DNA of 32,000 nucleotides from PVC group bacterium (GTDB lineage Bacteria; GCA-001730085; JADFSZ01): NCBI GenBank assembly GCA_022560555.1, contig JADFSZ010000002.1, positions 1 to 32,000 of the forward strand, read 5' to 3'. Shown piece by piece: positions 25,559 to 32,000 of this stretch (position 1 is its first letter; each line of letters starts with the position of its first letter). The notes under the pieces were generated by a model. It saw only the letters and a program-made list of their open reading frames with translations, ran no database searches and was not told where the DNA came from. The position numbers and the translations under genes were made by a program.

Positions 25559-27214
25559 TCAAGCCCCTCTTCGTCTTTTCATGAATTTACGGTTTTTGGA
25601 AAGGATTTTTTTATCGATCTGTTTTAACAATTTTTTGGCTTTCCTGATCAGAGAAGACTCCGGATATTCATGAATGAGTTCGACCAACATGGCTTGCGCG
25701 GCCACCAGATCATCAAAATATTTATAGGCTAAGTTCCCGCCGCGAAAGAGGGCTTCCGGTGTTTTCTCGCTTTGGGGATATATGGACACGATCTTTTGAT
25801 ATCGCCTGAGGGCAAGAACCATCCGGTCCCGTCGATCTTTATTACGCGAAATGATCCCGCGCCCTTTTTCCAAATCGGCAGCCTCTTGCCACAATTGATG
25901 CACCAGAACCTGTTCACCGGTTTCTTTAATTTGAACAAAAACCTCCCGGGGAATTTCCGGGCGCTGGTTTCCCGGTGAATCCCTATACTTGATTATCGTT
26001 GGGGTGATAAACACGACCAATTCCGTTGACGTCGTGTCACTACTTCTGTGCCGAAAGAGTCGTCCCAGGATCGGAATGCTTCCCAGGATCGGAATTTTTC
26101 CCTTAATGCTATCCTCCTGGCGCTTAATGAGACCTCCGATGACAATCGTCTCTCCGTCTTTCACAACAATCGTGGCATCCGCTTCCCGGGTGGCCACACG
26201 CGGACCGGCCTCCAACTCTGCGGTTAAGGATGAAACCTCGGGATGAACGTACATTGTGATCCAGCCGTCGGGAGAGACCCAGGGCGTCACTCTCAGTGTG
26301 GTTCCGATATCGACAAATTTTGTTGTTTCCGTTGTTCCGGTTGTCGTTTGAGTTTTCTCTTTATAGGGAAACCGTTCTCCGATAATGATCCGGGCTTCTT
26401 TTCCGCTGAGAGTCATAATGGAGGGTGATGCCAAAAGATGGGCTTTATTATCTCTGATCAAGGCATCAATCGTGGCCGTGGCGGTGATTCCTTTTGTTGC
26501 AAAGGACGTTAATTTGAGTTGACCGCCGGAAAGGGTTGAGGAAGGGCCTGCCATATCTCCGCTTCCTCCCAAATCAAAAAACCGGCTTTGAACGGTCCAG
26601 CTAAAGCCTGCGTTTCGACTATCTTGCTCGGTGATGTCAATCAATCTGGCTTCGATCAGGACTTGAATCGGCGGTGTATCCAATTCCTCCAGGGTTTTTC
26701 GTAAATTCTCGATGTACGCCGGATAATCCGTGACCACAAGCGTGTTGTTCGCTTCATTCACCCGAATCTTTCCAAGAGAAGACAGTCCATCCGTTAAGAG
26801 ACGGCTCGCGTCATGCGCGTTTAAATAGTTCAGGACTACGGTTTCTGTTGTCACACGCACACCGTCGACTCCAGGGCTCGGCGTGATGTAAATCAGATTT
26901 CCTTTTTTGATATAGGTGTATCCATTAATGCTTAAGATCACCTGAAGAGCTTCTTCGACCGTCACATTTGTCAACGGGAAAGACACGGTCCCCTCAATAT
27001 TTTTGGGGGCCACCAAATTTAAGTTGTACGAATAGGCAAGCGATCTTAAAACGCTGGTAAGAGACGCGTCCTGAAAATCGAGCGTGATCAATTCTTGATC
27101 CATTTCATGGCTGATGGTGTCCTCCGTTGCTAGCACCACCCCTGCGGGGGGCATCATGGAGAGGAGCAAGACCAAACACATCATCTTGCCTAAGGGTATT
27201 ATGCGTGCCGACAT
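25559..27214 (-). CDS. pilQ: Secretin (PilQ/GspD family) with a C-terminal TPR/BamD-YbgF-like extension
   Basis: The ATG at 27214 has an AAGGAG RBS 6 nt upstream. The signal peptide is 'MSARIIPLGKMMCLVLLLSMMPPAGVVLA'. N0/N1-like domains are present ('ITLDFQDASLTSVLRSLA', 'VVLNYLNAHDASRLL'). The secretin core includes 'QVLIEARLIDIT' and 'IPILGSIPILGRLFRHRSSDTTSTELVVFITPTII'. About 130 further residues follow, containing 'LALRRYQKIVSIYPQSEKTPEALFRGGNLAYKYFDDLVAAQAMLVELIHEYPESSLIRKAKKLL'. Confidence 0.9.
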   Translation of the reverse strand: MSARIIPLGKMMCLVLLLSMMPPAGVVLATEDTISHEMDQELITLDFQDASLTSVLRSLAYSYNLNLVAPKNIEGTVSFPLTNVTVEEALQVILSINGYTYIKKGNLIYITPSPGVDGVRVTTETVVLNYLNAHDASRLLTDGLSSLGKIRVNEANNTLVVTDYPAYIENLRKTLEELDTPPIQVLIEARLIDITEQDSRNAGFSWTVQSRFFDLGGSGDMAGPSSTLSGGQLKLTSFATKGITATATIDALIRDNKAHLLASPSIMTLSGKEARIIIGERFPYKEKTQTTTGTTETTKFVDIGTTLRVTPWVSPDGWITMYVHPEVSSLTAELEAGPRVATREADATIVVKDGETIVIGGLIKRQEDSIKGKIPILGSIPILGRLFRHRSSDTTSTELVVFITPTIIKYRDSPGNQRPEIPREVFVQIKETGEQVLVHQLWQEAADLEKGRGIISRNKDRRDRMVLALRRYQKIVSIYPQSEKTPEALFRGGNLAYKYFDDLVAAQAMLVELIHEYPESSLIRKAKKLLKQIDKKILSKNRKFMKRRRGA

Positions 27215-27233
27215 ATGTGTCTCCTTTTTCGTA

Positions 27234-28121
27234 TTATTCCGGACGATACGATAAAACAATATCTGAGATACCGTCCGTTAAAACGATTTGGTTCCGAGTA
27301 ATTTTTTTAATCGTTTTTTTATCGATGGCGTCTCCCACACGGTACACCCGGCCATTAATAATCACTGTGGGATTTTTTCCCGTTGGGATCACCCCGCTGA
27401 TATGATATGTTTCTTCCTGCCCGGAAACCGCTTTTGGAGACGGCCCCTGGATGTCGCTCACGAGCGGATTTCGACTCATTTGAATTTCAGGAATATCTTG
27501 AACTTCTGCGGGGCCTTGATCTTTTATGGCTTCTCCTAACAACGTAGACAGTGTCAGTTTGATTTCGGCTCTACCTTGAAAGCCGTTCTCCATTTTTTCC
27601 ATAACCATTTCATTCGGTTTCAAGAATTGTGATAAAGCTTCCAGGCGATAAAGATAGTTCACAAGGCCCGGATAATCCGCATGAAATATCATCTCCACAT
27701 CCAGACGGGAATATTCTTCCAACGGATCACCCAGTTTGGGTTTAATGGAAATCAAATCAATCGGGTATCCCTCGGCTTGGCGGGCTATTTGACCCAAAAT
27801 TTGCGGAATGCTGCCCTGCCGGGGCAGCTCGGCCTCTACATCGGCTAACTCGGACATAAGCCATTTGTACCGTTCTTGATCCGCTTGAAGGGCCTCTTCT
27901 TCTTTTTGAACATTCGGGGTCTCGCTTTGAATCCTGATCCTTTGATTGTCCAATTGAAGTGCGTGGGCTTTCAAGTCCCTGAGGACGGCTGCTCGCGGTT
28001 TATAAGAAAACCGGACATAGGCGCTAAAGATAATCACAAGCGCTAAAAGGCCCAGAAGCATTTTTCTCTGCAGGGTCTGCGCGTGAAATCCTTCGATAAG
28101 CTTATGTGTTTTTTTTGTCAC
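27234..28121 (-). CDS. pilO: PilO-like protein fused to a PilP/GspC-HR-like C-terminal beta domain
   Basis: TM segment 'LLGLLALVIIFSAYV', a coiled coil, and a PilO-like core ('IPQILGQIARQAEGYPIDLISIKP...LDVEMIFHADYPGLVNYLYRLE'). A linker then leads to 'YHISGVIPTGKNPTVIINGRVYRVGDAIDKKTIKKITRNQIVLTDG', typical of PilP / GspC HR domains. The GTG start overlaps the pilN stop (GTGA). Confidence 0.65.
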   Translation of the reverse strand: MTKKTHKLIEGFHAQTLQRKMLLGLLALVIIFSAYVRFSYKPRAAVLRDLKAHALQLDNQRIRIQSETPNVQKEEEALQADQERYKWLMSELADVEAELPRQGSIPQILGQIARQAEGYPIDLISIKPKLGDPLEEYSRLDVEMIFHADYPGLVNYLYRLEALSQFLKPNEMVMEKMENGFQGRAEIKLTLSTLLGEAIKDQGPAEVQDIPEIQMSRNPLVSDIQGPSPKAVSGQEETYHISGVIPTGKNPTVIINGRVYRVGDAIDKKTIKKITRNQIVLTDGISDIVLSYRPE

Positions 28122-28708
28122 AATGCCCCGGTTGACATCAATATATGCGTTGTTACCTCAAAATTAATAAGAGGTCTTCCGTCCAAATCGGTTTTTTCGG
28201 TATAGTTAAAACCCGTGCGTTCAAAAGTAACTGAAGTATCCAGGCGCTCCATAAACTGACTCACTTTGATATTGTCCAGCGTTGTGCCGATAATGGTGAT
28301 CTGGTTTTGATCCAGCATCATTTTATCGATCCATAAATCCGACGGAACATATTCAGAGAGGGTTTTTAAAACTTCAGAAAAATCGATCTGACGGCTTCGG
28401 GACATTCGAATGACTCTCAATTTTCCTTCAAGACGCTTACTATTCTCCCGGATCCGTTTTCTTTGCTCCTCGGCTTTAGTTACGGCGCTTTGTTGTTCGA
28501 TCAGATTTGCTTCATCATTTTGTATGGCTTTTTGCTGCCGGGGGATGCGGATACGCAGGCTCATTATCCACAGGGACTGCCCCAGAAAGACAAGCCCCAT
28601 GATGACAAAAACACTGATCACACCAAACCATATGCGATTTTTCGGCAAAGTCCGCCATTCGGCTTGTTTTTTTGAAACGCTCCTCGTTATGAGATTGATC
28701 CGTCTCAT
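28118..28708 (-). CDS. pilN: PilN-family pilus alignment protein
   Basis: The N-terminal 'RRINLITR' matches the conserved INLLP PilM-binding peptide. One TM segment (FGVISVFVIMGLVFLG), a coiled coil and a ferredoxin-like C-terminus follow. The start overlaps pilM (ATGA). Confidence 0.8.
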   Translation of the reverse strand: MRRINLITRSVSKKQAEWRTLPKNRIWFGVISVFVIMGLVFLGQSLWIMSLRIRIPRQQKAIQNDEANLIEQQSAVTKAEEQRKRIRENSKRLEGKLRVIRMSRSRQIDFSEVLKTLSEYVPSDLWIDKMMLDQNQITIIGTTLDNIKVSQFMERLDTSVTFERTGFNYTEKTDLDGRPLINFEVTTHILMSTGAL

Positions 28709-30009
28709 TCTTCTAAGCCTCTTAGGGCCAAACCCAAGGCCACATTGAAGGCCCCTCCTGTCGGAATCCCCATTTGCCCGGCCATCAAATCTCCCAAAGG
28801 ATCGGCAAGTGTAACAGGAACGTTAAGACGCGAAGTTAAAAAGGGGACAAAACCCTTGAGAGACGAGGCCCCTCCACAGACAATAACGCGGTTATATTTC
28901 GTGATCTGCGACCGTGTGATCTGAAACGAAAAATGCTTAAACGTATGTTCGATGTCTTGAACAAGATGTTCCAAATGAGAAAGAATCGCGTTCCGCACCT
29001 GAGTCGCATGATTTGTCATTTCCGGAGCCTGATCATCCAAAGTTTGATCCCCGGTACCGATGGAAATGCCATGCTCACGTTTTAAGAGTTCGGCCTCTTC
29101 CCAGCTGGTTTGACAGTATTGACTGATGGCTTTGGTTAAAAAGTTTCCCGTGATGTTTAAGCTCCTCACAGAAATCAGTTCTTTGTTGCTAATAATTCCA
29201 ACCGTTGTTTGTCCCGCGCCAAAATCAAGGTAAAGCACAACTTCCTGCTCGTGAAGATAGCCATTACCATAGCTTAAAGCTGCCACATCCGAAAGAGCCT
29301 CGACATCAGTCGCGAGGGTTTCCAGGCCGACGGATTTCAAAAGGCCGAGTTGTTCGTGAACAACTTTTCTTTGGGTCACGATCACCAGGAATCCGACGTC
29401 ATTGTCAAACAAATCCCGGCTTTGCTTCTCAAGAACAAGATAGTCATAGGTGATTTCATCGGGATTCCGGCGAAACTGTTGTTGGATTTCCCAGTACATG
29501 GCTTTGTCCACTTCCTGGGGTGGAATTCTGGGAAGTTTGATAAGATCCAGTTTGCAGGCTGAGATGGGCACATGTGTGAAACAAGCGTCTTTCAAATTTA
29601 TGCTTTTGCTGATCTTTCTGAGGATTTCCGATATATAGATCGCTTTTTGGTCGGGATGCTCTCGCACGGACGAGGGAAAATCTTCAGTTAGGGCATGGAT
29701 CACACGTATTCGTCCCTCGCTTTCAAGGCCTAGCTGAACAATTTTGAGGGAATGTGTTCCTATATCGAGTCCGAAGGGATATCGTTTGCTGATCAGGATC
29801 TGAGGGCTCGGGATCTTTGGCTCTTCAACATTTTGACGCCCTTTTTGATCAAAGAGGCGGGACGCCTTTTTTTTGGACGGACGTGAAAAGACTGTTTGAA
29901 CAATATCCGGATTATGAGATGGTTTCGATTCCGGCACCAAGGCTCTCCGATACGGGTAAGTGATTAACGTTTTGAGAACACTGAGGGTCTTTTGCAAGAG
30001 TGCGTTCAA
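28705..30009 (-). CDS. pilM: PilM, actin-like pilus assembly protein (start codon uncertain)
   Basis: 'GLDIGTHSLKIVQL', 'YLDFGAGQTTVGI' and 'IVCGGASSLKGFVPFLTSRL' are PilM/FtsA-like ATPase-fold motifs. There is no in-frame ATG upstream of the core. The candidates are TTG at 30009 (98-nt overlap with the ParA-like gene) or GTG at 29937 (GGAGA 6 nt upstream, 26-nt overlap). Confidence 0.88.
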   Translation of the reverse strand: MNALLQKTLSVLKTLITYPYRRALVPESKPSHNPDIVQTVFSRPSKKKASRLFDQKGRQNVEEPKIPSPQILISKRYPFGLDIGTHSLKIVQLGLESEGRIRVIHALTEDFPSSVREHPDQKAIYISEILRKISKSINLKDACFTHVPISACKLDLIKLPRIPPQEVDKAMYWEIQQQFRRNPDEITYDYLVLEKQSRDLFDNDVGFLVIVTQRKVVHEQLGLLKSVGLETLATDVEALSDVAALSYGNGYLHEQEVVLYLDFGAGQTTVGIISNKELISVRSLNITGNFLTKAISQYCQTSWEEAELLKREHGISIGTGDQTLDDQAPEMTNHATQVRNAILSHLEHLVQDIEHTFKHFSFQITRSQITKYNRVIVCGGASSLKGFVPFLTSRLNVPVTLADPLGDLMAGQMGIPTGGAFNVALGLALRGLEE

Positions 30010-30877
30010 TGACCTCCTGGGTCAGGGCCCAATAATCTTTGGCCCCTTGGGATGTCCGGGCATATAGATGAATGGGCTTTTTATAAATCGGGGCTTCACA
30101 GAGTTTGACATTGTAATGAATAGGGGTCCGGAAAACCAAGTCCTTGAAGTAGTTTTGAATTTGATCTAACACGCGGTGGCTGACCTTGGTTCTTTTATCA
30201 AAGAGTGTCGCGAGGATCCCGAGAATCTTCACGTCAAAATTGAGCCGTTCTTTCACAATATCGATGGTGGAAAACAGCTCTTTCATCCCCTCTAAAGAAT
30301 AATAATGCGTTTGGACGGGGATAATCACGTAATCGGCCGCGACGATGGCATTCAGGGTCACGAGATTCAGACTCGGGGAGCAATCGATTAGTGTATATTG
30401 GTATTTTTTACGAAGGCGCAATTTGTGAATCGCGATCCTGAGGATGGATTCTCTTCCCAGGACTGTTGCCAGCTCTAATTGAGCATCGGCGAGAGAGACG
30501 TTGGCCGAAGCGATATCCAGATTTTTGACGGATGTTTTTTGAATCACATCTTCAAGTCCCGCATTGTTGATCAGCACATCATACGTTGATTTTTCTGTCT
30601 GTTCGATGTCGACCCCGAGGCCAAGCGACGCGTGGGCCTGAGCATCAAGATCAATCAGGAGAACCCGGTATCCTTTCTCGGCCAGACAAGACGAGAGATT
30701 GATAGCCGTCGTTGTTTTGCTGCATCCTCCTTTTTGATTACAGATGGCGATGCAAATTTGTTGAGTTGTCGATATAGGGACATCATTTTTGGAATTCAAT
30801 GAGGTGGGCTGGTTTTGGACACGTTCTTCTTTCAGGGCTTTATCTCGCGAAAAACTATTTTTGAATTGATCAAACAT
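29912..30877 (-). CDS. ParA/MinD-family P-loop ATPase (orphan, first gene of the pilus operon)
   Basis: Deviant Walker A 'IAICNQKGGCSKTTTAINLSSCLA', 'VLLIDLDAQAHAS' and Walker B-like 'YTLIDCSPSL'. A ~45-aa unstructured-looking N-terminal extension is present. The RBS GAGGGGG precedes the ATG at 30877. No ParB-like gene is present in the window. Confidence 0.88.
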   Translation of the reverse strand: MFDQFKNSFSRDKALKEERVQNQPTSLNSKNDVPISTTQQICIAICNQKGGCSKTTTAINLSSCLAEKGYRVLLIDLDAQAHASLGLGVDIEQTEKSTYDVLINNAGLEDVIQKTSVKNLDIASANVSLADAQLELATVLGRESILRIAIHKLRLRKKYQYTLIDCSPSLNLVTLNAIVAADYVIIPVQTHYYSLEGMKELFSTIDIVKERLNFDVKILGILATLFDKRTKVSHRVLDQIQNYFKDLVFRTPIHYNVKLCEAPIYKKPIHLYARTSQGAKDYWALTQEVIERTLAKDPQCSQNVNHLPVSESLGAGIETIS

Positions 30878-30980
30878 GTTGTTCCCCCTCTTTTACAGTA
30901 AACTTTCGGTTAAACAGGTTTTCCATTCGAACTTTATCTGCCAGATAATTGAAAATTCTTTAACGATGTTCATATGTGAC

Positions 30981-31150
30981 TCCCCATATCTGGAACCCAA
31001 AATATCTCGTGCCTGGATTTCGAGAAGCGCAGTTCCTCCCCATCTCTGGAACCCAAAATATCTCGTGTCAGGATTTCGTAGATCGAAGAGCTACGAAATT
31101 CCTGACCTCCCGAACCAGCTACCCAATTACCTCGTGCATAATTTTCGATG
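30981..31150. repeat. Tandem 42-nt direct repeats (56-nt period) plus a degenerate third copy in the pilus-operon leader
   Basis: Copies at 30981-31022 (tccccatatctggaacccaaaatatctcgtgcctggatttcg) and 31037-31078 (tccccatctctggaacccaaaatatctcgtgtcaggatttcg) match at 39 of 42 positions. A third copy at ~31108-31147 keeps the cores ACCCAA / CTCGTG / TTTCG with a 1-nt spacing change. Confidence 0.9.
31067..31106. promoter_or_regulatory. Long inverted repeat / hairpin overlapping repeat copy 2
   Basis: gtcaggatttcgtag (31067-31081), loop atcgaagag, then ctacgaaattcctgac (31091-31106). This gives 15 bp with one bulged base. It could be an RNA hairpin in the leader or a palindromic DNA operator (TTTCGTAG-N9-CTACGAAA). 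Confidence 0.7.
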
Positions 31151-31170
31151 AGCTTGACTCATCGGAAACT

Positions 31171-31196
31171 AAGGCCTTATCGGAAAGCCAGGCCTT
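31171..31196. other. Short hairpin near the predicted 5' end of the leader
   Basis: AAGGCCT (31171-31177), a 12-nt loop (tatcggaaagcc), then AGGCCTT (31190-31196). Confidence 0.5.
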
Positions 31197-31220
31197 GCTG
31201 GTATAGCTTACAGTAATTTA

Positions 31221-31249
31221 ATTTTAGTTTGCAAGCCTTTGCTTGTCAA
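31221..31249 (-). promoter_or_regulatory. Near-consensus sigma70 promoter for the pilus operon
   Basis: Minus strand: TTGACA (31249-31244), exactly 17 nt, then TAAAAT (31226-31221). The predicted TSS at ~31214 gives a ~335-nt leader before the ParA-like ATG (30877). Confidence 0.55.
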
Positions 31250-31276
31250 CGTGAAATACCCACCATGTATCGGACA

Positions 31277-31648
31277 TTAGCTCCCGCCAACGTTTTTCAC
31301 GGCGTCTAAAAGAGGTTCGTAATCCGATGTTTTAACACAATAGTCATTCGCGCCCATTTTCTTGGCCTTAACCGCGTCCACAGCATCGACAGCCCCTGTC
31401 ATAATGATGATCTTGGGAGTGTCCGGACCAAAATGTTCCCGGATTTGACGGCAGACCTCGAATCCGTCAATTCCGGGAAGCATGGTATCCGACACAACAA
31501 TGTCGGGGTTCTCAACTTTAGCTTTTGCGACTCCCTCTTCTCCCGATTCCGCAAAAACAACGTCTTCATAGCCGGATTTCTTAAGATACCGTCCTATAAT
31601 TTTACGGTCTTGGTCGTTATCTTCAATAACTAAAATCTTTGTGCTCAT
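31277..31648 (-). CDS. Single-domain response regulator (receiver only)
   Basis: The ATG at 31648 is preceded by GGAGGAGGG. Motifs are 'KILVIEDNDQDRKII', 'DIVVSDTMLPGIDGFEV', 'IIIMTGAVD' and 'DYCVKT'. No output domain is present. The ORF-track start (31675) adds 9 residues upstream of the RBS. Confidence 0.9.
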   Translation of the reverse strand: MSTKILVIEDNDQDRKIIGRYLKKSGYEDVVFAESGEEGVAKAKVENPDIVVSDTMLPGIDGFEVCRQIREHFGPDTPKIIIMTGAVDAVDAVKAKKMGANDYCVKTSDYEPLLDAVKNVGGS

Positions 31649-31675
31649 ATTTCCCTCCTCCCCTGCAGACCCCAC

Positions 31676-32000
31676 TTACAATGAATTTTCTCTATCAGGC
31701 AACTGGTTCATGACATTCCAATAATAATTAAATCCGTCCACAAACCGCACAAAAGCTTCATAACTCACAGGCTTGGGGATATATCCCGCCGCTCCGTAAT
31801 TGTAGCTGTTATTAATATCATTGGCGTCTTTCGATGTTGTAAACATAATAACGGGAATCATACTAACCTTAGGATCACTTTTCAGTGTTTTAAGCACTTG
31901 AATCCCGTCCATCTTCGGCATATTGATATCCAGCAAAATGAGATCGGGGCGAGGGTACGCGGCCGGATCCGTGTACGGAGGCCGGTGATAGATAAAATCC
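31676..32000 (-). CDS. Response regulator receiver domain protein, 5' end outside the window
   Basis: The frame stays open to the window edge: '...RPDLILLDINMPKMDGIQVLKTLKSDPKVSMIPVIMFTTSKDANDINNSYNYGAAGYIPKPVSYEAFVRFVDGFNYYW'. This resembles Rcp1-like stand-alone receivers. The stop at 31676-31678 abuts the next receiver gene. Confidence 0.85.
   Translation of the reverse strand, partial: DFIYHRPPYTDPAAYPRPDLILLDINMPKMDGIQVLKTLKSDPKVSMIPVIMFTTSKDANDINNSYNYGAAGYIPKPVSYEAFVRFVDGFNYYWNVMNQLPDRENSL

Noticed and set aside
30921-30935. tRNA T-loop-like TTCGAA
   Set aside because: The flanks form no acceptor, D or anticodon stems. No cloverleaf can be drawn.
30926-30943. Sigma54-type promoter (minus strand cTGGCAGataaaGTTCGaa) upstream of the ParA-like gene
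   Set aside because: The -24 GG element fits, but the -12 element reads TTCG rather than TTGC, so the critical GC is missing. No bacterial enhancer-binding protein (bEBP) is present in the window.
30981-31150. Possible miniature CRISPR array
   Set aside because: Only two good copies and one degenerate copy are present. The spacers are ~14 nt and ~29 nt, the repeat is not followed by further units, and no cas genes are in the window.
30981-31200. CsrB/RsmZ-like GGA-rich sRNA on the plus strand
   Set aside because: Several GGA triplets occur (ctGGAacc, ctGGAttt, caGGAttt, tcGGAaa). Only one sits in a hairpin loop (31178-31189), and in the long hairpin the GGA is in the stem. I found no plus-strand promoter or terminator. 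The idea was kept only as a remote alternative inside the leader finding.
30876-31206. Two plus-strand ORFs (91 aa and 76 aa) spanning the parA-upstream intergenic region
   Set aside because: Both contain the same 'WNPKYLV(P/S)GFR' peptide, but in different reading frames, because the underlying DNA repeat has a 56-nt period (not a multiple of 3). There is no RBS and no recognisable fold. These are repeat artefacts, not genes.

Overview
All credible genes in this 32-kb window lie on the minus strand. I found no rRNA, tRNA, CRISPR array, transposase or integrase. The organism looks like an uncultivated bacterium; a PVC/Omnitrophota-like lineage is only a guess and no composition statistics were computed.

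Positions 1-15.5 kb are ordinary housekeeping. In coordinate order they are an ftsB/divIC-like gene, eno, alr, rsmI, a C-N hydrolase, a DUF3006-like gene, a TPR membrane protein, a Wzy_C/O-antigen-ligase-TPR fusion, folC, accD, an MBL hydrolase, a Pro-rich exported protein, a LysM lipoprotein, comEA, an SxtJ-like membrane protein, a NodU/CmcH carbamoyltransferase broken by a 1-nt frameshift, and purA.

Positions 15.75-31.25 kb look like one long transcription unit. It starts at a near-consensus sigma70 promoter (TTGACA-N17-TAAAAT, 31221-31249). An approximately 335-nt leader follows, containing 42-nt tandem repeats and a 15-bp hairpin. The genes are then, in transcription order:
- a ParA/MinD-like ATPase
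- pilM
- pilN
- a pilO-pilP-like fusion
- a secretin with a C-terminal TPR tail
- pilC/gspF
- a GspG/PilA-like major pilin
- a PilX/GspK-like minor pilin
- pilB/gspE
- a 1194-aa secreted beta-helix plus Ig-repeat protein
- a pseudopilin
- a 420-aa pseudopilin
- a CheY-like receiver

The unit ends at a clean intrinsic terminator (15752-15781). Two more receiver-only response regulators sit immediately upstream (31277-32000).

The most interesting candidate is this type IV pilus-like machine. It carries its own giant adhesin in the position where PilY1-type tip adhesins are normally encoded, and it has an unusual repeat-bearing leader and ParA/REC accessories. Every function is inferred from motifs read by eye, and no database search was possible.
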